From Anaerolineales bacterium (GTDB taxonomy: Bacteria > Chloroflexota > Anaerolineae > Anaerolineales > UBA4823): a DNA stretch of 64,000 nucleotides. Numbering within the stretch: position 1 is the stretch's first letter; each line of letters begins with the position of its first letter. The translations under genes and the position numbers were made by a program. The notes under the pieces were generated by a model. It ran no database searches. It saw only the letters and a list, made by a program, of their open reading frames with translations, and had not been told where the DNA came from. Shown here one piece after another: positions 1 to 7,662 of this stretch. The stretch lies in NCBI GenBank assembly GCA_041912175.1, contig JAYRNN010000015.1:4043-68042 (forward strand). Reading direction: 5' to 3'.

Positions 1-895
1 GCAGCCCGGCCCAGCCTGCCCAGGCGATCGGGCTGATCATCACGTCAATCCCGCCGATTGGGGAGGGGGCGCCGGTAAAGAAATAACGCAGCCAATATAA
101 GGCCGGTGACAAATCGCCATAGCTGCTGGGCGTAGGCAGCCATTGCCGGAAGATCAGATATTTCGAAAGCAAGTAGATGATGGAGTTGCCTTCAACCTGG
201 AAGTTACCCGCCGCGCTGATGGGGATCAACTCAACCCTCGATAGCGATAGTCCGTAAAGTAGAACCGGTATGGCCACTACCAGGCCAGCAATTGGCCCGG
301 CAATCCCGATATCGAGCAAGATACGTTTATTTTTGGGCGGTTCTTTCATCCGGATCGCCGCGCCCATCGTACCCAGTGGGCTGATGGGCAGTGGAATAAA
401 ATATGGCAGTGTAACTGCAGTTTTATGGAAGCGTCCTGCCAGGTAGTGGCCAAATTCGTGCGCCAGGAGGATGGAGAGCAAGGCGACCGTGAATGGAATT
501 CCGGCGGAGAGGTGTTGGAAAGGTAATAGGAATTGTCCGAGCATATCGTCCGGGATAGGCCCCTGGTACGAATACAACGCTCCTGCATACAAGACGCTCA
601 ATACGGTGGCGATAAATAAAATCAGATTGATCCACGGGTTAGATGGGCCAGGGTCGATGGCGCCTTCTATCAATAAAATAACTGCCTGCTCTTTTTCTTT
701 GCGGAACAAGGGTGTAATCGCGTAGGGCTTTAGCGCTGCCGCCAGCTCATCGTATGCCTGGGCAGAGTCGCCATATAACTGGCCGCGGTAACGCAGCAGA
801 TAATTCAGCTTCGCATCACCAGCAGTAATATCATCAATCTTTAAATACTGGCTGACAATCTGCGTTAATGTCTCATTCTCATAATCTACCGACAT
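1..895 (-). CDS. Peptidase M50 (site-2 protease family) integral-membrane zinc metalloprotease; C-terminus lies beyond the window edge
   Basis: Absent from the ORF track because it runs off the window. Manual translation from ATG 895..893 stays open to position 1: MSVDYENETLTQIVSQYLKIDD...ALLSILLAHEFGHYLAGRFHK...PIGGIDVMISPIAWAGWAGL. An HExxH motif sits inside a hydrophobic segment, and the tail resembles the M50 AGW.GL motif. Confidence 0.8.
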   Translation of the reverse strand, partial: MSVDYENETLTQIVSQYLKIDDITAGDAKLNYLLRYRGQLYGDSAQAYDELAAALKPYAITPLFRKEKEQAVILLIEGAIDPGPSNPWINLILFIATVLSVLYAGALYSYQGPIPDDMLGQFLLPFQHLSAGIPFTVALLSILLAHEFGHYLAGRFHKTAVTLPYFIPLPISPLGTMGAAIRMKEPPKNKRILLDIGIAGPIAGLVVAIPVLLYGLSLSRVELIPISAAGNFQVEGNSIIYLLSKYLIFRQWLPTPSSYGDLSPALYWLRYFFTGAPSPIGGIDVMISPIAWAGWAGL

Positions 896-944
896 TATGA
901 TCCTCTTTTTTGGGGGAACAGGCTGGCTTGTATACTCGATATGT

Positions 945-967
945 GTTAAAAATCGGCTTTGCCGATT
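945..967 (-). terminator. Rho-independent terminator candidate downstream of tRNA-Sec
   Basis: Minus-strand hairpin AAUCGGC-AAA-GCCGAUU followed by UUUUAA, about 70 nt after the tRNA 3' end. Confidence 0.5.
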
Positions 968-1037
968 GTATGTAAAGGTGTTTTTGAGGCAGCCCCGCCA
1001 AAAAATCTGTACCCTAAATCATATTGAGTAAGAATCA

Positions 1038-1133
1038 GGCGGGAGTGGATGGGAGTCGAACCCACCACGGCCCGCAACGCGACCCGTCACCGGTTTTGAA
1101 GACCGGGGAGCCCACCGGGACCCAACCACTCCC
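1038..1133 (-). tRNA. selC: tRNA-Sec (selenocysteine, anticodon UCA)
   Basis: The minus strand reads GGGAGUGG-UU-GGGUCC-CGGU-GGGCUC-C-CCGGU-CUUCAAA-ACCGG-UG-ACGGGUCGCGUUGCGGGCCGU-G-GUGGG-UUCGACU-CCCAU-CCACUCCC-G-CC. It has an 8-bp acceptor stem, a 6-bp D stem with a 4-nt loop, a UCA anticodon in a 7-nt loop, a 21-nt extra arm and a 5-bp T stem, which is the bacterial 8/5 tRNA-Sec architecture. The terminal A of CCA is not encoded. Confidence 0.9.
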
Positions 1134-1144
1134 ACATCCCGATA

Positions 1145-1172
1145 AGTATACCATTTCCTATTATTTTTTAAA
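1145..1172 (-). promoter_or_regulatory. Possible sigma70-type promoter for selC
   Basis: Minus strand: TTTAAA, 16 nt, TATACT. The -10 ends 11 nt upstream of the mature tRNA 5' end. Confidence 0.3.
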
Positions 1173-1188
1173 TTGGATGAAAGAATTT

Positions 1189-1749
1189 TTATGTTGTTTT
1201 CTGGAACTCTTCAACGTACGGCAGCCAGGCGCTGACATCCAGACCATGGCTCAGGCGGTCGTAATACGTTCGGGCGATATCCCCTTGTTGTTCCAGGTTA
1301 AATTTTTGCAACGTCCAGGCGTCTCGATGGCGTTTCTTCAGGCCATCCTCGCCGTCGAAATTATAGGCGGCTCCTTTTTGGCGAAATTGAGCAGAAAGAG
1401 CCAGCCACAAGTAACGCCAGCCTAAATGCTGATATTGCCATGCATGAGTCAGTTCATGAATCAGCCAACCTAGTTTATAATTTTCCGGATGGCCGACAGG
1501 AACCGCCTGGTCGAGAAGCCTGATTGGGAAATAACAGTGATTACCCAGCGTGAGCGCGTTGTTCACGTCTGCGGGTGGCATACCCTTCAGCTTGCGCCCT
1601 AAGCGGTCCATCGCATTCGTCCAGGATGTACATTCGTGGATGCGTATGTGCGTATAGATCAGGCCCCCGGCAAAGACTTTGCGGGCTTCCGCGATTTCCC
1701 AGTCGTACATCGGACGGACAGTTGGTTCACCTGTCGAAGTATCGGCCAT
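1189..1749 (-). CDS. DUF4157-like HExxH zinc-metallopeptidase-domain protein
   Basis: 186-aa ORF. The pattern EARKVFAGGLIYTHIRIHE...GNHCYF...WLIHELTHAWQYQ matches the DUF4157 layout (E..A..VFG....V.IH ... HELTHvxQ). Confidence 0.65.
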   Translation of the reverse strand: MADTSTGEPTVRPMYDWEIAEARKVFAGGLIYTHIRIHECTSWTNAMDRLGRKLKGMPPADVNNALTLGNHCYFPIRLLDQAVPVGHPENYKLGWLIHELTHAWQYQHLGWRYLWLALSAQFRQKGAAYNFDGEDGLKKRHRDAWTLQKFNLEQQGDIARTYYDRLSHGLDVSAWLPYVEEFQKTT

Positions 1750-1789
1750 AGATTAAATATATCATATTCATCGTATTAAGGAGAAGAAG

Positions 1790-3127
1790 ATGGAAGCAAG
1801 TGATTTATTGTCCCGGATCAAGGAAGACAACATTAAATTTCTTTCACTGCAATTTACAGATGTGACCGGAGCGGTGAAAAGTGTTGACATCCCGGCGCAT
1901 CGTGTCCCACCCGCCCTCGAGGATGGGGTTTGGTTCGATGGGTCCTCAGTGGAAGGTTTTGCCCGTATCCAGGAAAGCGATATGCGCCTGGTCCTGGATC
2001 CTGATACCTATGCCGTTCTGCCCTGGAGCCCAGCGGAGCTACGGCGAGCGCGCGTTTTTTGCTATATCTACCAACCAGATGGCAGCCCTTTCCCCGGCGA
2101 TCCACGCGGCGCGCTGAAGCGTTTGTTGGAAAAAGTCACACAGCGAGGCTGGACTTACAATGTCGGCCCGGAGCCTGAGTTTTTTCTGTTCCGGCGCAAT
2201 GGGCCATCCAGCATCCATCCGGTGCCGCACGATGTAGGCAGCTATTTCGATTTCTCAGCGAATGATGAAGCTGTGCGGGTGCGCTCCGAATTGATGGATG
2301 CATTGCAAGGCATGGGCCTGGAGGTGGAGACGGGTCATCATGAGGTCGCCTTGGGACAGCACGAAATTGACTTCCGCTTCGACGATGCCTTACGCACCGC
2401 CGACAAGGTCCTGACGATGAAATACACAGTCAAAGCGATTGCCGCTCAGCATGATTTAATTGCTTCATTCATGCCAAAACCGATTTTTGGCATCAATGGC
2501 TCAGGTATGCATTGCCACCAGTCACTGTTCGATTCCGCAGGCGAAAACTTGTTTTTCGACCCGCACGAATCCTACCATCTGTCACATCTGGCCTATGGGT
2601 TTATCGCCGGGCAGCTTGCCCATGCGCGCGCCCTGGCGGCAGTGGTAGCGCCCACGATCAATTCCTACAAACGCCTGGTGCCAGGTTATGAAGCTCCGGT
2701 ATATGTCGGTTGGGCGCAGATTAACCGCTCCGCCTTGATCCGTATCCCGCGTTATACCGAAGGACAGCACAAATCGATGCGCGCTGAGCTGCGGTTTCCC
2801 GACCCATCGGCCAATCCCTACCTGGCATTTACCGTCATGCTGGCAGCCGCGCTGGACGGCATCGATAAGGAGCTTCCAGCGCCTGAGCCGCTCAATAACG
2901 TCAATGTCTATCACCTGACCCCCGAGGAACGCCAGGCGCTCGGCATCCCGGAACTACCCGGCTCGCTCGCCGAAGCGTTGCGCGAGTTAGAGAAAGATAG
3001 CGTGCTGCAAGAGGCGCTTGGCCCCCAGCTTTACGAAGCTTTTGCCCGCGCGAAGTGGGCGGAGATCGAAGAATACCGCATGAAGGTTTCCGATTGGGAA
3101 GTTGAGCGCTATTTGGAACAAGCATGA
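1790..3127 (+). CDS. glnA: Glutamine synthetase, type I
   Basis: 445 aa. The beta-grasp N-terminus (IKFLSLQFTDVTGAVKSVDIP) and the catalytic-domain motifs (GPEPEFFLF, GHHEVALGQHEIDF, GSGMHCHQSLF, NSYKRLVPGYEAP) are present. AAGGAG precedes the ATG. Confidence 0.93.
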   Translation: MEASDLLSRIKEDNIKFLSLQFTDVTGAVKSVDIPAHRVPPALEDGVWFDGSSVEGFARIQESDMRLVLDPDTYAVLPWSPAELRRARVFCYIYQPDGSPFPGDPRGALKRLLEKVTQRGWTYNVGPEPEFFLFRRNGPSSIHPVPHDVGSYFDFSANDEAVRVRSELMDALQGMGLEVETGHHEVALGQHEIDFRFDDALRTADKVLTMKYTVKAIAAQHDLIASFMPKPIFGINGSGMHCHQSLFDSAGENLFFDPHESYHLSHLAYGFIAGQLAHARALAAVVAPTINSYKRLVPGYEAPVYVGWAQINRSALIRIPRYTEGQHKSMRAELRFPDPSANPYLAFTVMLAAALDGIDKELPAPEPLNNVNVYHLTPEERQALGIPELPGSLAEALRELEKDSVLQEALGPQLYEAFARAKWAEIEEYRMKVSDWEVERYLEQA

Positions 3128-3133
3128 TTTTCT

Positions 3134-3169
3134 ACTGGGATGACCCCACACGATGTGCGGCGTCATCCC
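3134..3169 (+). terminator. Terminator hairpin after glnA
   Basis: CTGGGATGAC ... GTCATCCCAG forms a 10-bp stem and is followed by a T-rich stretch (GGTGTTTTTA). It overlaps the first 11 codons of track ORF 3153, which supports the later ATG at 3186. Confidence 0.55.
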
Positions 3170-3185
3170 AGTCAAAGGTGTTTTT

Positions 3186-3989
3186 ATGGAAACTGTGAAC
3201 CTGGGCAAAGTTAATGTCAGCCGGCTGATGCTCGGCAGCAATCCGTTCAGTGGGTTCTCCCACCAATCGATTGAAACCGACCTGGCGATGAGACGTTACT
3301 TCACCACCGAACGTATCAAAGCCACCTTGCGCCAGGCCGAAACCCTGGGCGTCAACACCTTGATTGCTCGTACCGACCATCACGTAATGCGCTTCTTGCT
3401 CGAGTATTGGGACGCGGGCGGGAAAATCCAATGGTTCGCCCAAACCTGCCCGGAGGTGGGCGACCATTTAACCTGTGTATCTCGGGCCGTCTCGGGCGGG
3501 GCCAAAGCCTGCCACATCCACGGCGGCGTGATGGACTATCTCTACGTGCAGAAAAAATTAGACGAAATACCGCCAGTGATCCGGATGATTCGCGATCAAG
3601 GATTGCTGGCGGGCATCGCAGCTCACAATTCGAAGGTGATCGAATGGGCTGAAGAAAACCTGGACGTGGATTACTATCTATGCTCTTACTACAACCCAAT
3701 CCCGCGCGACGTACATCCGGAACTTGTCCCAGGTTTGGAGGAACACTATCTGGAAACGGACCGCCAGACGATGACCGCGTTGATCCGCGGGCTTTCCCGC
3801 CCGGTGGTGCATTATAAGGTGCTGGCTGCCGGAAGAAACGATCCCGCCCAGGCCTTCGAGGTCGTCGCCCGAACTATGCGCCCAGGAGACATGACCTGCA
3901 TTGGCGTTTATGACCAGGGTCATCCAGACATGCTGCGTGAAGATGTGGCTTTGTTCGAAAGTGCTCTGGCGAGGGCGCTAAGTAGATAG
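3186..3989 (+). CDS. Conserved hypothetical protein (no motif recognised)
   Basis: Long ORF. The start was moved to METVNLGK (ATG 3186) downstream of the glnA terminator. I recognise no diagnostic motif. Confidence 0.5.
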   Translation: METVNLGKVNVSRLMLGSNPFSGFSHQSIETDLAMRRYFTTERIKATLRQAETLGVNTLIARTDHHVMRFLLEYWDAGGKIQWFAQTCPEVGDHLTCVSRAVSGGAKACHIHGGVMDYLYVQKKLDEIPPVIRMIRDQGLLAGIAAHNSKVIEWAEENLDVDYYLCSYYNPIPRDVHPELVPGLEEHYLETDRQTMTALIRGLSRPVVHYKVLAAGRNDPAQAFEVVARTMRPGDMTCIGVYDQGHPDMLREDVALFESALARALSR

Positions 3990-4015
3990 GCGTGGCTCTG
4001 GAATAGGGAGGAAAA

Positions 4016-4378
4016 ATGAGCAGCCCAAACACGGTTCGAGCAGCGCAAATTCTGTTCTATACCAACGCCGCGATCTGGTTGATATTTGGCGGTTATACCT
4101 TGGTCGCGATGGCCTATCGAGCGGCGAATCAAGGCATTACCATGTGGATTGTGGGAATCCTGATGTTTGGCAACGCCGGCGCAATGCTGCTGGCGGGATT
4201 TGGCATCGGCAGACCGCGCCGGCTATTCTTCCTTTTTGCCATTGTCGTGCTGGCGATAAATATCTTCCTGACCTTCACCGATCAATTCGGGATTTTCGAT
4301 TTTCTTACGCTGCTGGTTGATATCGTGGCGCTGACGCTCTTGGTTCTATCTCGTTCGTGGTACGATAACTCGAAATGA
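4016..4378 (+). CDS. Small integral membrane protein (about 4 TM segments)
   Basis: 120 aa with four hydrophobic stretches. GGGAGGAAAAATG ribosome-binding context. Its stop overlaps the next start (ATGA). Confidence 0.55.
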   Translation: MSSPNTVRAAQILFYTNAAIWLIFGGYTLVAMAYRAANQGITMWIVGILMFGNAGAMLLAGFGIGRPRRLFFLFAIVVLAINIFLTFTDQFGIFDFLTLLVDIVALTLLVLSRSWYDNSK

Positions 4379-5103
4379 ACCAGGCGCTTTTTGGTCAAGC
4401 CATTTACGAGAATTGGGCCGGTCATTTTGGCAGCCCTCTGGCGACATTCCAAAGGAGCGGAACCTCGATCCTGCCGCTCGAGAAATACACTGGGGATAAA
4501 GTTCTCGTGTTCTGGCATATTGGCATGCATACTTTTGTGCAGCTCGATCCTGACTATACAGAGCAGGTCGAGCGCGTATTAAGTGAGCTTCCAGAGGGGA
4601 CGGCGCTGGATGGCGACGCCCTGCGCCGGGCCTGGGGGCAGGCTGCCATCGGTTCACATGACCGGGGTTTGGTTTATTATTTATACCCGGAAGAATTACC
4701 CGACTATCATCCGCCGATTCCATTTGTTCTACGCCAATTGAGCGCGGCGGATGGTGGGCTGATGCAGGCGCTGCATGGCGCCAATTCGCCAGAAGATGTC
4801 GAAGAGGGTTTTGTCGAAGTAAACCACCAGGTTGTTTTTGGCTGTCTGGTGGGGGGACAACTGGTCGCGGCTGCCAGCGGTTACGAGCGCGCTGGGTTTA
4901 TGGATATTGGCGTCTTGACACACCCGAAGTTTCGCCGGAAAGGCTTAGGCAGAGCGGTGGTCGGCGCGATTTGCGACTGGTCGCAAGGCAATGGTTTCAT
5001 CGCCCAATACCGCTGCAACGAGCAAAATTTCGCTTCACGGGGCGTCGCTGAGGGGCTGAATTTCAAGCGCTATTTCAGTTCGGAAAGTCTCTGGATGATT
5101 TAA
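4375..5103 (+). CDS. GNAT-family N-acetyltransferase
   Basis: The C-terminal half carries the acetyl-CoA motif IGVLTHPKFRRKGLGRAVVGAI (Q/RxxGxG/A type). 4-nt overlap with the upstream ORF. Confidence 0.7.
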   Translation: MNQALFGQAIYENWAGHFGSPLATFQRSGTSILPLEKYTGDKVLVFWHIGMHTFVQLDPDYTEQVERVLSELPEGTALDGDALRRAWGQAAIGSHDRGLVYYLYPEELPDYHPPIPFVLRQLSAADGGLMQALHGANSPEDVEEGFVEVNHQVVFGCLVGGQLVAAASGYERAGFMDIGVLTHPKFRRKGLGRAVVGAICDWSQGNGFIAQYRCNEQNFASRGVAEGLNFKRYFSSESLWMI

Positions 5104-5810
5104 TGGCGGGTACGTAAGGCGATCGGGTTAAAATCCGTCTCGCGATCATAGTAATCTTCGCCCTCGGCGCGCTTGAGGGCATTAACGGCCCAATACGTCA
5201 AAGGTGTGGCCACGATTTCGAACGTCACCTTGAACAGCCATTGCGAGAGGATGGCTGTTCCCATCGCGGCGGGCGGGAAAATGCCCCAGAAGGCGACGGA
5301 GATGAACACCAGCGAGTCGGCGCCCTGGCCGATCAGGGTCGAACTGATCGTGCGCAGCCAGAGAAAACGGCCCTGGGTTTTGACCTTCAGGCGGGCCAGC
5401 ACATATGAGTTCAAGAATTCACCGACCAGGTAGGCCAGGAAAGACGCCAACAGCAGGCGCGGGGTGAATCCCAAGATCGCCTGGTACGCTTGCTGCGCTT
5501 CTGCGGGCGTCGCGTATAGTCCGGCGGTCCAGAACGGGGCAGCAGGCAGCAGGCCGGCCAGCCAGATGGCGGCCACGGCCAGCAGGTTGCAGAAGAATCC
5601 GGTCCAGATCACCTGGCGAGCGCGCCCGTAGCCATACACTTCGGTTAAGATATCGCCGAAGATATAAGCCACCGGGAACAGGATCACCGCCGCGGGCACG
5701 AAGAAAGGCCCGATTTGCACGATTTTTACGGCGATGATGTTCGAGATCAGCAGGGTGGTAACGAATACCGCGGTGATCAAGGTAAAGAAGCGATAAGCCG
5801 TCCTAGGCAT
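5100..5810 (-). CDS. yhhQ: Queuosine-precursor (preQ0/preQ1) transporter, YhhQ/DUF165 family
   Basis: 236 aa, polytopic. It has FPVAYIFGDILTEVYGYGRARQVIWTGF, typical of the YhhQ family. It overlaps the queF stop by 8 nt, so they are probably co-transcribed. Confidence 0.8.
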   Translation of the reverse strand: MPRTAYRFFTLITAVFVTTLLISNIIAVKIVQIGPFFVPAAVILFPVAYIFGDILTEVYGYGRARQVIWTGFFCNLLAVAAIWLAGLLPAAPFWTAGLYATPAEAQQAYQAILGFTPRLLLASFLAYLVGEFLNSYVLARLKVKTQGRFLWLRTISSTLIGQGADSLVFISVAFWGIFPPAAMGTAILSQWLFKVTFEIVATPLTYWAVNALKRAEGEDYYDRETDFNPIALRTRH

Positions 5811-6240
5811 TCTCGGCGCTCCATTGCGTACGCGCGGCTGGCGTCTTTGTATGTTCCGCTTCGACGGTGATGCCGATCCCGCCGCGGATATTAAAGACCC
5901 CGGTTACTTTACACCAGTGCGGATCGAGGGCCTTGACCAGGTCTCCCAATATCTGGTTGACCACGTGTTCGTGGAAGGCGCCCTCATTGCGATACGACCA
6001 CAGGTACAACTTGAACGATTTAGATTCAACGACGGATTGGTCCGGGACGTATTGGACGCGGATCCTGGCAAAGTCTGGCTGGCCGGTCATCGGGCATAGG
6101 CACGTGAATTCCTCAGTTTCCAGGGTCACCCGATAAAAGCGTTCCGGCGAGCGATTGGGAAAAGCTTCCAATCTTTTACTGGGCTCGGCCTGTTTTCCTA
6201 ACATGCTCAGACCGTCGAGGTCGGATGGTTGGGTAAGCAT
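5803..6240 (-). CDS. queF: NADPH-dependent 7-cyano-7-deazaguanine (preQ0) reductase, type I
   Basis: 145 aa. The catalytic-Cys context EFTCLCPMTGQPDFA and the QueF motif SKSFKLYLWSYRNEGAFHE are present. Confidence 0.9.
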   Translation of the reverse strand: MLTQPSDLDGLSMLGKQAEPSKRLEAFPNRSPERFYRVTLETEEFTCLCPMTGQPDFARIRVQYVPDQSVVESKSFKLYLWSYRNEGAFHEHVVNQILGDLVKALDPHWCKVTGVFNIRGGIGITVEAEHTKTPAARTQWSAENA

Positions 6241-6244
6241 CGCA

Positions 6245-6290
6245 TAACTCCTTTATTTTTGTAACGTGTACGAGACGTCGCACACATAAC
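6245..6290 (-). ncRNA. Candidate preQ1-I-like riboswitch in the queF leader (weak)
   Basis: Minus-strand RNA: UGUGU-GCGACGUCUCGU-ACACG-UUACAAAAAUAAAGGAG-N7-AUG. A short P1 with a 12-nt loop is followed by an A-rich tail resembling preQ1-I tails (for example UUAACAAAACAAGG). Loop CUC could pair with GAG of the SD. It fits in the 56-nt ttuA-queF gap. Confidence 0.25.
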
Positions 6291-6296
6291 ACAATG

Positions 6297-7223
6297 TCAT
6301 GGTTCTCTGTTCACCAGCCGGCAGAAAGCGCACTCGCCTGGGGCTGTTGTGGACTGCCCGCAACCAGGGCAGACATGCAAAGCTTCTTTTTCATGGTCGG
6401 CGTCCGGCGCGAAAAGACCGTTATCTTTGGCGGCCAGGAAGCTCAGGTAAAAGTTGAGCTTCAAACCAGGCTGGTCAGCCTCCATTTTATTTAGGATTTC
6501 TTTATAGTAAATCGATTTCGTGCCTTCGGCAAACGGGCATTCATCGTAGATGTATTCAATCCCGCGCAGCAGAGCATAAGCGGCCATTTCACGCTCGTAA
6601 AAACGGCACAGCGGCTTGGCCTTGCGCAACATACCCTCCCGGTCGGCTGGGAGCAGCGGCGCCTGGCGAGCCAGGTGGGTGGGCAGCCAGCTCAATGTAT
6701 TGCCGAACAAGGTGGCGGCTTCGTCATCCAGGTTGTGTCCGGTGACCAGCACATCATAACCACCCTGGCGGGCAAAGCGGTTCATCACATGCCGTTTGGC
6801 CAGGCCGCACACCGCGCAGGGCTTGTGCTGCCCACGCGAGCTGTGCGCGGCCAGGCTGGGCACGCTTTCTCCATATTCCTGCTGGATATCGACCACGTGC
6901 AGCTTCAAGCTGTGTTGGGCAGCGAATCGTTCGCAGTAGCCCAACGACTCGTCTGAATACCGGTTACCCTCGGCGATGCCGAGGCCAATATATAGTCCAT
7001 CGACCTGGTAACCCAGGCGCTGCAAGATATCCCACAGGGAGAGCGAGTCTTTGCCGCCAGAAACCGCAGCCAGGATTCGCTCCTGCCGGGTGAACATATG
7101 GTATTTATGGATCGCGCGTTCGGTCTGTTCCGGCAGCCAATCCAGGTAATGTTCTTTGCACAGGGCTAGCTTGTGCTGGGCCATGTTAACGGCGGCTTTG
7201 CGACCACACTTCCGGCATCTCAT
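6297..7223 (-). CDS. ttuA: TtuA/Ncs6-type tRNA 2-thiolation ATP pyrophosphatase (PP-loop, Fe-S)
   Basis: 308 aa. It has an N-terminal CxxC...C zinc finger (CRKCGRKA...LCKEH), the PP-loop SGGKDS, cluster cysteines PCAVCG and PLCRF, and a C-terminal zinc finger CPGCG...CAFC. Confidence 0.8.
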   Translation of the reverse strand: MRCRKCGRKAAVNMAQHKLALCKEHYLDWLPEQTERAIHKYHMFTRQERILAAVSGGKDSLSLWDILQRLGYQVDGLYIGLGIAEGNRYSDESLGYCERFAAQHSLKLHVVDIQQEYGESVPSLAAHSSRGQHKPCAVCGLAKRHVMNRFARQGGYDVLVTGHNLDDEAATLFGNTLSWLPTHLARQAPLLPADREGMLRKAKPLCRFYEREMAAYALLRGIEYIYDECPFAEGTKSIYYKEILNKMEADQPGLKLNFYLSFLAAKDNGLFAPDADHEKEALHVCPGCGQSTTAPGECAFCRLVNREP

Positions 7224-7230
7224 GCGTGCA

Positions 7231-7425
7231 TCATCCGCCGGAGATCACGGCCACGAGCTTGATTTGCTCGCCTTCGTGCAGGATTTCGTCTCCGGTGAGC
7301 AGATTGCCATCCCGGATGGCCAGCACGGATTCAAATGGCACCCCGGCCATCGCCAGACTGCGGGATAGGCTCATCCCAGGCATCACTTCAAAGGCCTTTT
7401 CTCGCAAGACCAATTTAACGACCAT
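7231..7425 (-). CDS. ttuB: ThiS/MoaD/TtuB-like ubiquitin-fold sulfur-carrier protein ending in Gly-Gly
   Basis: 64 aa: MVVKLVLREKAFEV...IKLVAVISGG-stop. GGAGG lies 6 nt before ATG 7425. The track's longer ORF begins at a TTG. The gene sits 7 nt upstream of ttuA. Confidence 0.75.
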   Translation of the reverse strand: MVVKLVLREKAFEVMPGMSLSRSLAMAGVPFESVLAIRDGNLLTGDEILHEGEQIKLVAVISGG

Positions 7426-7558
7426 GCTTACCTCCAATCGGTCTAAAATTCTACCTTAGAAACGTAAATATTGGGCGGAACTTTTTTTAGATGAAGGCTG
7501 GGTCAGGGCAGACTACAAAGAGTGTTTGGCCAGCCGGACCCTCCAATTTATTGTCCTC

Positions 7559-7587
7559 TTGACAGCCCAGATAATAAGAGACATAAT
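7559..7587 (+). promoter_or_regulatory. Sigma70-like promoter candidate for the quinone-oxidoreductase gene
   Basis: TTGACA (7559-7564), 17 nt, CATAAT (7582-7587), about 75 nt upstream of ATG 7663. Confidence 0.4.
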
Positions 7588-7662
7588 TGGTCAAATTTAT
7601 GCGGAATTTGTGTTAATTCCGAGTAAATCATTTTCAACCATTCTTGCTTGCGGAGACCATCC

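Noticed and set aside
1024-1425. 133-aa plus-strand ORF spanning the tRNA-Sec locus.
   Set aside because: It overlaps the tRNA gene and the 3' end of the DUF4157 gene on the opposite strand. It is an artefact of the open frame.
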